This document shows, one piece after another, positions 26,585-36,365 of a stretch of DNA of 64,000 bases. The stretch's first letter is position 1. Every line of letters starts with the position of its first letter. The position numbers and the translations under genes were made by a program. The stretch lies in NCBI GenBank assembly GCA_963755705.1, contig CAVWKW010000001.1:165884-229883 (forward strand). The letters run 5' to 3'. The DNA comes from an uncultured delta proteobacterium. Its GTDB lineage: Bacteria; Desulfobacterota; Binatia; Binatales; Binataceae. A model generated the notes under the pieces. The model saw nothing but the letters and a program-made list of their open reading frames with translations. It made no database searches and was not told the origin of the DNA.

Positions 26585-29344
26585 ATGCTGGTAATGTCGA
26601 AAGGCGCGCTCAGTGTAGGCCAGGCCGAGACCTACTATCAGGAGAAATACTCCGAGGACGACTACTATACCGAGTCCCACCGTGTCACCGGCCAGTGGTA
26701 TGGAAGAGCTGCGGAGACTCTCGGGCTGAGCGGAGCAGTCAGCGAAGAAGATTTTCGGGCCGTGCTGCGCGGAACCAGACCCGGTAGCGGCGAAGTCCTG
26801 GTCAGTGCTGCCGCTGGCCGTGACGACCGCCGCGCAGGTTGGGACGCGACGTTCAATGCGCCCAAGTCAGTCAGTATCCAGGCGCTGGTTGGCGAAGATT
26901 CGCGACTGGTAGAGGCGCATCGGCGCGCGGTCGAGCGCGCACTCTCGGAACTTGAGCAGTTCGCCCAGGCGCGCCGCCACCGCGGACAGGAGTGGGTTAC
27001 CACCGGCAACTTCGTTGCGGCCCGCTTCGAGCACATCGCCGCGCGGCCATCGGAGACCGGGACCCGGGACGGCTACGGCCCTGACCCACACCTACATACC
27101 CACGTCGTAATCGCCAACCTGACGCTGCGGCCGGACGGCAGGTGGCGGAGTCTCGACCCGATCGAGATCTATCGCAGCCAGAGCTTTGCGACCGCGGTTT
27201 ACCGCTCGGAACTTGGCCGCGAAGTCCAAGCGCTCGGATATCGAATCAGCGTGACCGCGGCCGACGGACGCTGGGAGCTGCAAGAATACACACGCGAACA
27301 GGTAATGGCGTTTTCGCGCAGACGCCAGGACATCGAAGCACTTCTTTCCCGCCAAAACTCAACCGGAGCGGCAGCCGCCCAGATCGCCGCCCATCAGAGC
27401 CGGCTGGCCAAAGAAAAGCGCAACGAAAACGAGCTTCGCGCGGAATGGAAGGCGCGCGCCCATGACAATCGAATCGCTCTCGCCGAGATTTCGGAACGCG
27501 CGCTCGCACGCGGCCCCTCGCAGGCGGTTTCTCCGGCTGGGACAGAGGAAGCGGTCAGATTCAGCGTAGCTCACAACACCGAACGCGAAGCCGTTACCGA
27601 CCGGCGCGCTCTGGAGCGCACCGCTCTTCAGTACGCGATGGGAGTCGCCGATCTCGACGGCGTGCGGCGGGAGACCGGCGTGCGGGAATCACGTGGCGAT
27701 CTAATCGCCCTTGCTGTCTCCTCTTCGTTTCCGGGAGTCGTCTACACCACCCCGGAGATGGTGGCGGCGGAGGCCGAAAACCTTGAACTTATGCGCGCCG
27801 ACAGAGGGCACGCCCAGGCGATCACCACTGAACCAGAGGCGCGCAGTTGGGCAGCCGAGCGCTCGCTATCGGCCGAGCAGACACAGGCCGCAGTGCTGAC
27901 GCTGACTGCCACCGATTGGCTTACCTCGATCGAAGGGCGCGCGGGCGCAGCGAAGACTACTACGGTCGGAGCGCTCAACGACTTCGCTGAGAGCGCTGGC
28001 TACGCGGTACGCGGTTTCGCTCCGACCACGCGCGCCGTAAAGGCGCTCTCCGAAGCGGGAATCGAATCCCGGACTGTCGCGAGCCTGCTCGCAAGCCCGC
28101 TTCCCGATCGCGCCCCGAAGGAACTGTGGATTATCGATGAGTCGAGTCTGCTCGGCACTCGCCAGATGAATGCCCTGCTACACCAGGCGCGCGAGGCCGG
28201 GGCCGGTCGCGTCGTCTTCGTCGGCGACCAGCGCCAGCACCACGCCATCGAGGCTGGCCGACCCATCCAACAGATGCAGCAGGCGGGCATGCCGGTCGCG
28301 CGATTGGAGACTATCCGTCGCCAACTCGATCCCGGATTGCGCGAGGCGGTCACGCTCGCTTCGCGCGGAGAGGTTGGACAGGCAATCGCACTCCTCGAGC
28401 TGCAGGGCCGCATCCGGGAGATTGTCGATCCGAATGAGCGCCACGCAGCGATTGCGCGCGAATACCTCGCCGCGCACGAAGCAGGTGAAAAGGTTCTCGT
28501 CGTCAGCCCCGCCAACGACGAGCGCCGCCAGTTGAACGCCGCTATTCGCGCAGCGCTCAAGGAACGCGGGCACCTCGCCTCCGACGGACGAGAACAGCTC
28601 GTGCTCGTAAACCGCGCGCTGACCCGGCCTCAGCGTAAACGAGCGCAGAGTTACGAGGTCGGCGACGTGCTCCGATTCCGGCGTGGAAGCTCGCGGCTCG
28701 GTATCGACCGCGGCAGCTATGCCCACATCGAAGCAATCACCCCGGAACGGAACCAAATCGTGGCGCGCGATGAAAGAGGAAAAGCTGTCAGCTACGATCC
28801 TTCGCGTCTGTCTGGCGTCGAGGTCTTCCATCAGGAGCGCCGCGTGCTCGGCGCTGGCGATCGGATTCAATTTCGCGCTCCGGATCGTGCGCTCGGGGTC
28901 GCCAATGGAGAGTTTGCGACCGTCATCGCCATCGACGATCGCAAAGCACGCCTGCGCCGCGACAACGGGCGCGAGATCAGCGCGGCAATCGAGCGTCTGA
29001 AGCACATCGATTACGGCTACGCTTCTACTTCTCACTCAAGCCAGGGCGCTACGGTTGATCGTGTGATCGCTAATATCGATACCGCTCGCTCGGCTGAACT
29101 CGTCAACCGCAAACAGTTTTACGTCTCGATCAGCCGCGCGCGGTATGCGATGAGCCTGTACACCGACGACCGTGCCAGACTCGACTCAGCCGTGGGGCGC
29201 AATCGCGAAAAGTCGATTGCCCTGGAACGGCTCAATCTGAACCTCGGGCGAAGGCTTCAAGATCGTTCCAGAACCGCCGCGCCGCAACTTCACTCCCGCC
29301 CACGGCATCCGAAGGTGACTGGTCTTGCCGAACCCTGCGGTTGA
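26585..29344 (+). CDS. MobF-family conjugative relaxase with C-terminal RecD-like helicase (TrwC/TraI-like)
   Basis: N-terminal relaxase domain with His triad HLHTHVVIAN. Helicase Walker A GRAGAAKTT. 919 aa. Confidence 0.85.
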   Translation: MLVMSKGALSVGQAETYYQEKYSEDDYYTESHRVTGQWYGRAAETLGLSGAVSEEDFRAVLRGTRPGSGEVLVSAAAGRDDRRAGWDATFNAPKSVSIQALVGEDSRLVEAHRRAVERALSELEQFAQARRHRGQEWVTTGNFVAARFEHIAARPSETGTRDGYGPDPHLHTHVVIANLTLRPDGRWRSLDPIEIYRSQSFATAVYRSELGREVQALGYRISVTAADGRWELQEYTREQVMAFSRRRQDIEALLSRQNSTGAAAAQIAAHQSRLAKEKRNENELRAEWKARAHDNRIALAEISERALARGPSQAVSPAGTEEAVRFSVAHNTEREAVTDRRALERTALQYAMGVADLDGVRRETGVRESRGDLIALAVSSSFPGVVYTTPEMVAAEAENLELMRADRGHAQAITTEPEARSWAAERSLSAEQTQAAVLTLTATDWLTSIEGRAGAAKTTTVGALNDFAESAGYAVRGFAPTTRAVKALSEAGIESRTVASLLASPLPDRAPKELWIIDESSLLGTRQMNALLHQAREAGAGRVVFVGDQRQHHAIEAGRPIQQMQQAGMPVARLETIRRQLDPGLREAVTLASRGEVGQAIALLELQGRIREIVDPNERHAAIAREYLAAHEAGEKVLVVSPANDERRQLNAAIRAALKERGHLASDGREQLVLVNRALTRPQRKRAQSYEVGDVLRFRRGSSRLGIDRGSYAHIEAITPERNQIVARDERGKAVSYDPSRLSGVEVFHQERRVLGAGDRIQFRAPDRALGVANGEFATVIAIDDRKARLRRDNGREISAAIERLKHIDYGYASTSHSSQGATVDRVIANIDTARSAELVNRKQFYVSISRARYAMSLYTDDRARLDSAVGRNREKSIALERLNLNLGRRLQDRSRTAAPQLHSRPRHPKVTGLAEPCG

Positions 29345-29747
29345 AACATTTTTTCATCGGCGCTTCGCTGTGAGCGCGGACGCTCGGGCTGCGCAAGCTT
29401 CGCCGCGAGGCCACGCGGCCCATCGCGCCGCTCGCGCTCCGCTGCGCGCCGCTGTGATGGTGGCGCGCGCTCCGCGGGCAACCGCGCCGAGCGCAGCGCC
29501 CGGCACGGTTGCTACGCTCCGCCACGCGCATCTCAGAATCCTGCGCCGCCCTCCAGATTCGGTCGAGAGGGCGGCGCTTTCGAAATGCTGCGCTCTCAAA
29601 CAGGCATCGGAGCGCCCTTCCCTGCGGGACGCGGGCGCGGAGATGAAGAAGGTGCGAGAGCGTTGGTGTACTTGACTTGCGGCGGATATATAGCTAAGTA
29701 GCTACTATTACCTTGAGGGCTGGCGGACAAAGCCAACCATTTGTTCG

Positions 29748-30086
29748 ATGATGACAACCTTCAAATTCGCGCGCGAGGCAGGCTCGGGGCTCAATCGATT
29801 CCCCAATGCGGACGAGATCGCCGCCATGACGCCCGAGCAAGCGGAAGCCACCCTCGTTGCCGCAACTTCAGTGTTGCCGCTACTCGTCGCCAGGGCGAAG
29901 GAGACGCGGCCGGCCGACGCTCCTGAGTGGATCACGGTCGGCGACGCTGCGGCGCTCTCGGGGATGAGTCGCTTTTTCTTCTATGACCACTGGAAAGAGC
30001 TTCCTTTCTGCCGGAAGATTGGACGTTCGGTAAAGCTCAATCACAGGGGGCTTCGACAGTGGCTAGAAACGAAAAAGGCAGCGTGA
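29748..30086 (+). CDS. AlpA/excisionase-like HTH DNA-binding protein
   Basis: WITVGDAAALSGMSRFFFYDHWKELPF resembles the excisionase/AlpA-type HTH. Overlaps the integrase start. Confidence 0.55.
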   Translation: MMTTFKFAREAGSGLNRFPNADEIAAMTPEQAEATLVAATSVLPLLVARAKETRPADAPEWITVGDAAALSGMSRFFFYDHWKELPFCRKIGRSVKLNHRGLRQWLETKKAA

Positions 30087-31237
30087 AAGTCGCGGACAAC
30101 CTTTATCGCCGACCCGACAGCCCCAATCTCTACATCGTTTGGCACCAAGGGGGCCGCAAGCGCTGGCAGTCCACCAAGACCAGCTTAGTCAAGGAGGCGA
30201 AGCGTCTGCGAGATGAGTTTCTTGCTCGCATCAGAGCCTCCGGATTGACGCGCGATGAGCGCGTCACATACGAGCAGATTCGGCAGGTCTACATCGATCA
30301 CTGCTCGATTCACGGTCGAATCGCGTCGCTCGAAGGTTTCCTTGACACCAGGGCGAAACACCTTGACGCGTTTTTCAGCAGTCTGCGCGCTATCGAAATT
30401 TCGCAGAGCGGTGCGATCGGACGATACGTCGCGCTGCGCAAACGCGAGGGCGCTTCTAACGCCAGCGTGAACCGCGAGACACAAGTTCTGGGGCAGATGT
30501 TCCGGCTTGCCGCCGATGATGAACATCGCCTGATTGGTCGTGGACTGGTGCCGCAGATTAGAAAACTCGAAGAGCCGCCGCCGCGGCAGGGGATCGTGAC
30601 CGAGAAGCAGTTTGCCGAGATTCTCGTCAAACTTCCCACGTGGGCCATCGCGCCAATCGAAGCGATAAACATTACCGGGTGGAGGGTCCGTGCGGTTTTG
30701 AGCCGACGTAAGATAGACGCTGACCTTGAAAACGGCTTTCTGGTGCTTGATCGCGAGTCGTCCAAGAATCGCACCGCGTATAAGTGGCCGTTGGTTGGAG
30801 AATTGGGTGAACTCGTGCGCGGACAACTTGAGCTGATCGCTCGAGATGAACACAAACTGAGGCGGCTGATTCCTTGGCTCTTCCATCGCGACGGCAGACC
30901 GATTCCGTACGGCACGCTCTATGACGCCTGGCGCGAAGCTGCGAAGGCTGCGGGTTATCCCGGAAAGCTGATGCACGACTTCAGGCGCACGGCTGCAACG
31001 CGCTTGGATTCGGCGCCGGGAATTTCGCGCTCTGTCGCGATGACATTGCTCGGGCACAAGACCGACATCATGTTCCGCAGGTACATACAGCGCCCTGATG
31101 AGCGCTTGATCGAGGCTGCAAAGGCGCTGGCTGACTTCCGAGCCTCACAACTCGCCAACGGCAAATCGGAAGCAAAACGGTCACAATTCCGTAGCAGAGG
31201 GCCTGAAATTACGATGCTAGATTCAAAGAAAATGTAA
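30059..31237 (+). CDS. Tyrosine site-specific integrase (phage integrase family)
   Basis: C-terminal catalytic region HDFRRTAATRLDSAPG...LLGHKTDIMFRRYIQ (R..H-x-x-R..Y). Confidence 0.85.
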   Translation: MARNEKGSVKVADNLYRRPDSPNLYIVWHQGGRKRWQSTKTSLVKEAKRLRDEFLARIRASGLTRDERVTYEQIRQVYIDHCSIHGRIASLEGFLDTRAKHLDAFFSSLRAIEISQSGAIGRYVALRKREGASNASVNRETQVLGQMFRLAADDEHRLIGRGLVPQIRKLEEPPPRQGIVTEKQFAEILVKLPTWAIAPIEAINITGWRVRAVLSRRKIDADLENGFLVLDRESSKNRTAYKWPLVGELGELVRGQLELIARDEHKLRRLIPWLFHRDGRPIPYGTLYDAWREAAKAAGYPGKLMHDFRRTAATRLDSAPGISRSVAMTLLGHKTDIMFRRYIQRPDERLIEAAKALADFRASQLANGKSEAKRSQFRSRGPEITMLDSKKM

Positions 31238-31252
31238 TTAAATCAAGGAATT

Positions 31253-31348
31253 GGAGGAGGAAGGGGCCCGGTGGCCCCACCGGTCTTCAAAACCGGCCTG
31301 GCGGCTAATATTGTTGCCGGAGGGTTCGACTCCCTCCCCCCTCCGCCA
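31253..31348 (+). tRNA. selC: tRNA-Sec (selenocysteine, anticodon UCA)
   Basis: 8-bp acceptor stem GGAGGAGG/CCCCCTCC with one A-C mismatch. 6-bp D-stem GGGGCC/GGCCCC with 4-nt loop CGGT. Anticodon stem CCGGT/ACCGG with loop CTTCAAA (U33, anticodon TCA, A37). Long variable arm. T-arm GAGGG-TTCGACT-CCCTC. Discriminator G then CCA. The 8/6-bp architecture is diagnostic of bacterial tRNA-Sec. Confidence 0.8.
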
Positions 31349-31370
31349 TCGAAATGGATCGGAGGACATG

Positions 31371-31871
31371 CAGATGCGGGAACTTATACCGGTCGCGGAA
31401 AAAATCGGAGCGATGCTCAAGAGCAGAAGTGAAAGCGTGGCCGTGGCGGAATCGACCACCGGAGGATTGATCTCGGCGTCGATTCTTAGCATCGCCGGCG
31501 CGTCCGCATATTTTATCGGCGGCGGTGTCGTCTACACCCTGAAGGGTCGCCGCGCCTTCGGCATTCCGGATGAAGACTTCAAGGGCTTTCGTTCGGTGAC
31601 GGAGCAATATTCGATTGCGCTTGCACGTCGAGCGCGCGAGCGGTTCGGCGCCACCTGGGCTATCGCCGAAATCGGCGCGAGCGGTCCCACCGGCAATCGC
31701 TACGGCGACAAGGCAGGGCATAGCTGCGTAGCGGTCGCCGGTCCTGTCGAGCGCTCGCTTACGATCGAGACTGGCAGCCCCGACCGGGTCGCGAATATGT
31801 ACACATTCGCGACCAAGGCGCTGGACCTGCTCGCGCAGAGTCTCTCTGCCGCTTCATCCGGCAGTGCATAA
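31371..31871 (+). CDS. CinA C-terminal domain protein (PncC-like nicotinamide-nucleotide amidohydrolase family)
   Basis: ESTTGGLISASILSIAGASAYFIGGGVVYTLKGRR is typical of the CinA_C domain. Confidence 0.75.
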   Translation, partial: QMRELIPVAEKIGAMLKSRSESVAVAESTTGGLISASILSIAGASAYFIGGGVVYTLKGRRAFGIPDEDFKGFRSVTEQYSIALARRARERFGATWAIAEIGASGPTGNRYGDKAGHSCVAVAGPVERSLTIETGSPDRVANMYTFATKALDLLAQSLSAASSGSA

Positions 31872-31904
31872 CGGAAAAGTGTAGCGCGACGGAGCAGACC
31901 CGCT

Positions 31905-32342
31905 TCACCCCGCGGTCCCGAACAGGGGCGCGAACGTAGCGCTATGCCGCCACGCGAGAAATAGTTCGAAGATCACTACTATGATCGCCAGCGGCAGTCC
32001 TTCCGGCGCCAGAAACAGGTGAAAGAAAAATATATTGACGATGACCGGAGCGAGAATGATTAACGCGAAGGGAACGAAAACTCCGATGATCAGAAGAATT
32101 CCGCCGATCACCTGCGTTGCAAACAAGAGCGGAATCATATAGCCAGTCGCGAATATAGCACCGAAAAAATGCACTGCGGCATCGGGCATGGCCGGGTTCG
32201 GCAGAAAGTGCAGAAAGCCATTCAGTCCAAAGATAGTGAATATCAAGCCAAGCAGGATTCTGACGATCAGAGTAGCTATTCTCACGATTTTCTCCTCCGG
32301 GAAAATGTTGTCACATTCTACTGCCGGACGGAGCAGTAGCAA
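31905..32342 (-). CDS. DoxX-family membrane protein
   Basis: Small 4-TM protein. LLGLIFTIFGLNGFLHFL is DoxX-like. Confidence 0.55.
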   Translation of the reverse strand: MLLLRPAVECDNIFPEEKIVRIATLIVRILLGLIFTIFGLNGFLHFLPNPAMPDAAVHFFGAIFATGYMIPLLFATQVIGGILLIIGVFVPFALIILAPVIVNIFFFHLFLAPEGLPLAIIVVIFELFLAWRHSATFAPLFGTAG

Positions 32343-32345
32343 TAC

Positions 32346-33233
32346 CTACTTATCGAGCGTGCGGCGCAGCCACGCGACTGTATCACGCATCACTTCGGCG
32401 CGATTGGTCTCGTTAAGCATCTCGTGGCGTCCGTCCGGGTAAAACTTCTCGGCGACATTCGAGATTCCGGCGGCGCGATAGCGCTCGCCAAGCGGCCGGA
32501 GCCATTCGAGATGATGATTCACCGGGTCCCGGTCTCCAGCGAATATGTAGATCGGCAGAGTCGTGCGGATCCGCGCGGTCTCGGCCGGATCGACGGTTCG
32601 CGCACCTCCAGCCGCCATCGAGGCACGGGCTTTTGCGTCGATACTGAAGCCGCACAGCGGATCGGCGACGTATTTGTCGACCTCCGCGGGGTCGCGGCTC
32701 AGCCAATCGAAAGGAGTCCGGGCGGGCTCAAAATCGCGATTGAGCGCGGTCAGATCCGCTGGCTTCGAAGAATCCTCCGGCAAAGCGGCGCTGGCGAAAA
32801 GCCGGTCGAGCGAAGCGGATCCGGAGAGAATCACACCGGTTATAAGCCCGCTGTGATCGAGGATATACTGCTGCGCGGCGAACGAACCCATGCTGTGGCC
32901 TAGCAGGACGATCGGCACGGCGCGATGTGTGGCGTGCGCATGGCGCGTAAGCTGCGCCATGTCGGCGACCAGCCCGTTCCATCCGGCCGCACCGAAATCG
33001 CCGAGCACCTTCTTGTTTGCGGCGGTGCGGCCGTGACCGCGATGGTCGTTGGCATAGACGTGAAAACCTGCGCGATTTAGATATTCAGCGAAGGGCGCGT
33101 AGCGTAACGCATGCTCGCCCATCCCGTGGGCAATCTGAACCACTCCGACCGCAGGCTCGGGCGCGAGCCATCGATAACACGCGAGCGTGATTCCATCGGC
33201 GGCGCTATTGAGCGAAAATTCCTCACGCATCAT
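32346..33233 (-). CDS. Alpha/beta hydrolase (lysophospholipase/monoacylglycerol-lipase-like)
   Basis: HGMGEH and nucleophile elbow GHSMGS. Start taken at the internal MMREEF; the track ORF extends to 33311. Confidence 0.75.
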   Translation of the reverse strand: MMREEFSLNSAADGITLACYRWLAPEPAVGVVQIAHGMGEHALRYAPFAEYLNRAGFHVYANDHRGHGRTAANKKVLGDFGAAGWNGLVADMAQLTRHAHATHRAVPIVLLGHSMGSFAAQQYILDHSGLITGVILSGSASLDRLFASAALPEDSSKPADLTALNRDFEPARTPFDWLSRDPAEVDKYVADPLCGFSIDAKARASMAAGGARTVDPAETARIRTTLPIYIFAGDRDPVNHHLEWLRPLGERYRAAGISNVAEKFYPDGRHEMLNETNRAEVMRDTVAWLRRTLDK

Positions 33234-33278
33234 CGGTCTATGGATATCGCGGACCAGGCCGCATCGCAAAGAGAAAAC

Positions 33279-33854
33279 ATGCCCCGGCTTCAGGACATCC
33301 TGATTGATCACCCGCGCATTTTACTGGTGGGAATAAATCCCAGCCCTCGGTCCGCATCTAGCGGCCATCATTTTGCCGGACCGGCCAATCCGTTCTGGCG
33401 CTTGATGCACGCGTCGGGGCTGGTGCCGATCGCGCTGACGCATGAAGAGGACGGCAGGCTCGCGGAGTTTGGATTTGCGATCACCAATGTATGTTCGCGC
33501 GCGACTCGTGCGGCGTCGGAGCTCAAGCGCGAAGAGCTGGATCGCGGCGAGCGCGTGCTGACGCGGAAGATTCGCAAGCTCGGGCCGCGCGTGGTTGCGT
33601 TCGTGGGGGTCAGCATCTACCGGCGCTACTTCGGTCCCTCGGCGGCTTCAGGAGCAGGCGTCAAGCCCGAGACGATCGCGGGGGCTCGGGTTTTCGCGCT
33701 GCCAAATCCAAGCGGCCTCAACGCCAGCTTTCCAGGCTTCAAGGACAAGCTGATTTGGTACGAAGCGCTGCGCGAATTTTCGGACGAGCTGGAAGCGCAA
33801 GCCGCGGCGGCGAAGATCAAGCGCGCGGCCGCAACACCATCTGGGTCTGCGTGA
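33279..33854 (+). CDS. mug: G/U mismatch-specific DNA glycosylase (Mug/TDG family)
   Basis: ILLVGINPSPRSASSGHHFAGPANPFWRL and GFAITNVCSRAT correspond to Mug motifs. Confidence 0.75.
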   Translation: MPRLQDILIDHPRILLVGINPSPRSASSGHHFAGPANPFWRLMHASGLVPIALTHEEDGRLAEFGFAITNVCSRATRAASELKREELDRGERVLTRKIRKLGPRVVAFVGVSIYRRYFGPSAASGAGVKPETIAGARVFALPNPSGLNASFPGFKDKLIWYEALREFSDELEAQAAAAKIKRAAATPSGSA

Positions 33855-34224
33855 CAATCGCGCACAGCTTGCCGCTTTCCAGAGTGATCCGCGTCTGCCA
33901 GACCATCGTGCTGTGTCCGCGATGAATCGGAGTGCACTCGCCGATCACCTTGTTTCCGACCGGAGCGGCCGCCAGGAAGTTCGTTTTCGATTCGAGCGTG
34001 GTGGTGCCCGCCCCCTTGGGCAGGTTGAGCATCGTCGCGCACGCGCCGAGCGTGTCCGCGAAGGCCATGATCGCGCCGCCGTGCAGAATGGCAGGAACGG
34101 TGCAGACCTCCGCGCGGACGGCCAGCTCCGCGGTCACGCGATCAGGCTCGGCGGCAAGAAAGCGGATCCCGAGCAGTTCCGCGAGCGGGATGTGCTGATC
34201 CTCGAGCATCTTGCGGTAGTCCAT
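33817..34224 (-). CDS. PaaI-family hotdog-fold thioesterase
   Basis: HGGAIMAFADTLGACA is a hotdog thioesterase signature. 135 aa. Confidence 0.7.
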   Translation of the reverse strand: MDYRKMLEDQHIPLAELLGIRFLAAEPDRVTAELAVRAEVCTVPAILHGGAIMAFADTLGACATMLNLPKGAGTTTLESKTNFLAAAPVGNKVIGECTPIHRGHSTMVWQTRITLESGKLCAIVTQTQMVLRPRA

Positions 34225-34379
34225 TTTGTTTCCTTATTCAGTCGCAATTGAGATTCGGCCCTCGATAGCACTTCGATATCACGCTAAGACCCCGCGCGCA
34301 CCGAAATGTGAGGTAATGGAAAAAAAAGGGCGCGAACGTTGATCACGCTCGCGCCCCGATGGGTTCGATTGAATTGCGG

Positions 34380-36101
34380 TTAGGCGCTCGCGCCGGCCTG
34401 CGGACCGCGAATCAATTTTCCCGGCATCGCTCCAGTCGCCTCGCCACTTTCGAAGGTGACCTCGCCGCTGACGACGGTGTGCCGATAGCCCTCGGCGCGC
34501 TGAATCAATCGGCGGCCGCCGGCGGGCAGATCGAAAACCATCTTCGGGGCATGCAGCCGCATCCCGTCGAGATCAATCACGTTCACGTCAGCCTTCATGC
34601 CAGCCTCGAGTGTGCCGCGATCCTTAAGCCCGTACATCCGCGCGGTATCTTGCGTTTGGCGCTTGACCACGAACTCGACCGGCAGGCGTTCGCCGCGGCT
34701 ACGGTCGCGCACCCAATGCGTCAGCAGATAGGTCGGCATGCTCGCGTCGCAGATGAGGCCGCAATGCGCGCCGCCGTCGCTCAGGCCGAGCATCGTGACG
34801 GGGTCCATCATCATCTCGCGCACCGCGTCGAGGTTGTAGGCGGCGTAGTTTGAAAACGGCATGTAGAGCAACTCGCGGCCCTCGCGCTCGAGCATGAGAT
34901 CGTAAGTGACCTCGACCGGGCTACGGCCCTCGCGTTCGGCGCGCGCCGCGACGCTGGCTTCCTTTGCGGGCTCGTAGTCGGGCGGATCGCCGAGCGGAAA
35001 ATAGCGCGAGAAATTGGTCACCAGGTAGCGCGTCACCCGCTCGTGCGTGCCGGGCTCTTCGGCGATCAGGCGCGCGCGGAGTTCAGGGTTGCGCATCCGC
35101 GCGACGCGCTCGGCCAGCGGCAGATGCGCGAGCTCGCGGTGATAGGTCGGATGGGTGATGAACGGATGCAGCGAACTTTCGAGGCCCATCAGCATCCCGG
35201 TAGGCCGTGGCGAGATTTGCGGCGCGAGGTTGGCGCCGCCCGCGTTGTAACCGCGCACCCGATCGAGCATCACGCGCCATCCGTCAGGATTGAAGTCGAC
35301 CTGCGCCATCGCAAAGGTGATCGGAAGGCGCGTTGCTGAAGACAGCTTGATCATCCACTCCATCGTCGCGTCGGGTCCCGCCATATCCGACGCCATCTCG
35401 AACACGCCGTGGCCGACTTCGCCCAGCACGCGTCCGATTCCAAGCAGCTCGGCCTCGCTGGCGTAGGTGCCGGGAACAACTTCCTTGTTCTTCGCGCGAT
35501 GCAGCATCGTGCGCGAGGTGCTGAATCCCAGCGCCCCTGCGCGCAGCCCTTCCCGAACCACGGCCGCCATCCCGCGGATGTCGTCGGCAGTAGCTTCTTC
35601 GTTATGCGCGCCGCGCTCGCCCATTACATAGGCGCGCACCGCGCCGTGCGGCACCTGCGCGCCAACATCGAGCACCCGCGGCATCGCGGCGACCGCGTCC
35701 ATATATTCGGGAAAGCTTTCCCATCCCCATTTAATTCCCTCGGCCAGCGCGGAGCCCGGAATGTCCTCGACACCTTCCATCAGGCCGATCAAAAATTCGT
35801 GCTTGCCCGGTTGGACGGGCGCGAAGCCGACGCCGCAATTGCCCATCACCAGAGTGGTGACGCCGTGCCATGAAGAGGGAGTGAGATACGGATCCCAGGT
35901 GACCTGTCCGTCGTAGTGGGTGTGGATATCGACGAAGCCCGGCGTCACCAGCATCCCGTCGGCGTCGATTTCGCGCCGCCCGGCGCCGGCCTTTGCGCCG
36001 ACACTCGAGATTCTGCCGCCATCGATCGCGACGTCGCCGGAAAAGGCGGGTGCGCCGGTGCCATCGACAATTTTTCCGTTCCGGATTACCAGGTCATGCA
36101 T
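34380..36101 (-). CDS. N-acyl-D-amino-acid deacylase (D-aminoacylase) / amidohydrolase-family protein
   Basis: [16 protein letters not shown]..., [12 protein letters not shown] and [11 protein letters not shown]. Start chosen at MHDLV; the track ORF extends to 36212. Confidence 0.8.
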   Translation of the reverse strand: MHDLVIRNGKIVDGTGAPAFSGDVAIDGGRISSVGAKAGAGRREIDADGMLVTPGFVDIHTHYDGQVTWDPYLTPSSWHGVTTLVMGNCGVGFAPVQPGKHEFLIGLMEGVEDIPGSALAEGIKWGWESFPEYMDAVAAMPRVLDVGAQVPHGAVRAYVMGERGAHNEEATADDIRGMAAVVREGLRAGALGFSTSRTMLHRAKNKEVVPGTYASEAELLGIGRVLGEVGHGVFEMASDMAGPDATMEWMIKLSSATRLPITFAMAQVDFNPDGWRVMLDRVRGYNAGGANLAPQISPRPTGMLMGLESSLHPFITHPTYHRELAHLPLAERVARMRNPELRARLIAEEPGTHERVTRYLVTNFSRYFPLGDPPDYEPAKEASVAARAEREGRSPVEVTYDLMLEREGRELLYMPFSNYAAYNLDAVREMMMDPVTMLGLSDGGAHCGLICDASMPTYLLTHWVRDRSRGERLPVEFVVKRQTQDTARMYGLKDRGTLEAGMKADVNVIDLDGMRLHAPKMVFDLPAGGRRLIQRAEGYRHTVVSGEVTFESGEATGAMPGKLIRGPQAGASA

Positions 36102-36365
36102 CGCACCGTCTCCTTTGCGAATGGTTCGGCTGGGCGCGTTCATTAACCGAGCGCGGGTAACATACCGACCGTTCAAGAGGCAAGTATCGCGCAAGTGCGC
36201 GGCCACGATCAAGCATTTTCGGCCGCTAGCCTAACAGTCGTTCGGCGACGATCGCCGGGAGCGATTGTCCGGAATTCCGCGCTCTGGTGAATCCGGCCAC
36301 GCCGATCTATAAGCGAAGCGGGCCGCACTGGATCCAACTTTCAACTTGACGATGGAGCGTAAGCG

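Larger units (their letters stand above)
22400..31348 (+). mobile_element. Integrative mobilizable element-like region (XRE/ImmA, DUF2274, RHH, T4CP, MobF relaxase, xis, int) abutting tRNA-Sec; left boundary uncertain, may extend to ~15250
   Basis: The gene set is typical of ICE/IME backbones. No VirB/Trb mating-pair genes are present. The integrase stops 16 bp before selC. Confidence 0.5.

Noticed and set aside
29325-29675. 116-aa Ala/Arg-rich ORF in the relaxase-xis spacer
   Set aside because: Encoded by GCGC-repetitive DNA with no start context. More plausibly a non-coding regulatory/att-associated region.
31253-31348. tRNA-Ser as an alternative identity for the long-variable-arm tRNA
   Set aside because: The 7-nt anticodon loop CTTCAAA places TCA at positions 34-36. 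Together with the 8-bp acceptor and 6-bp D-stem/4-nt D-loop this is tRNA-Sec architecture, not Ser.
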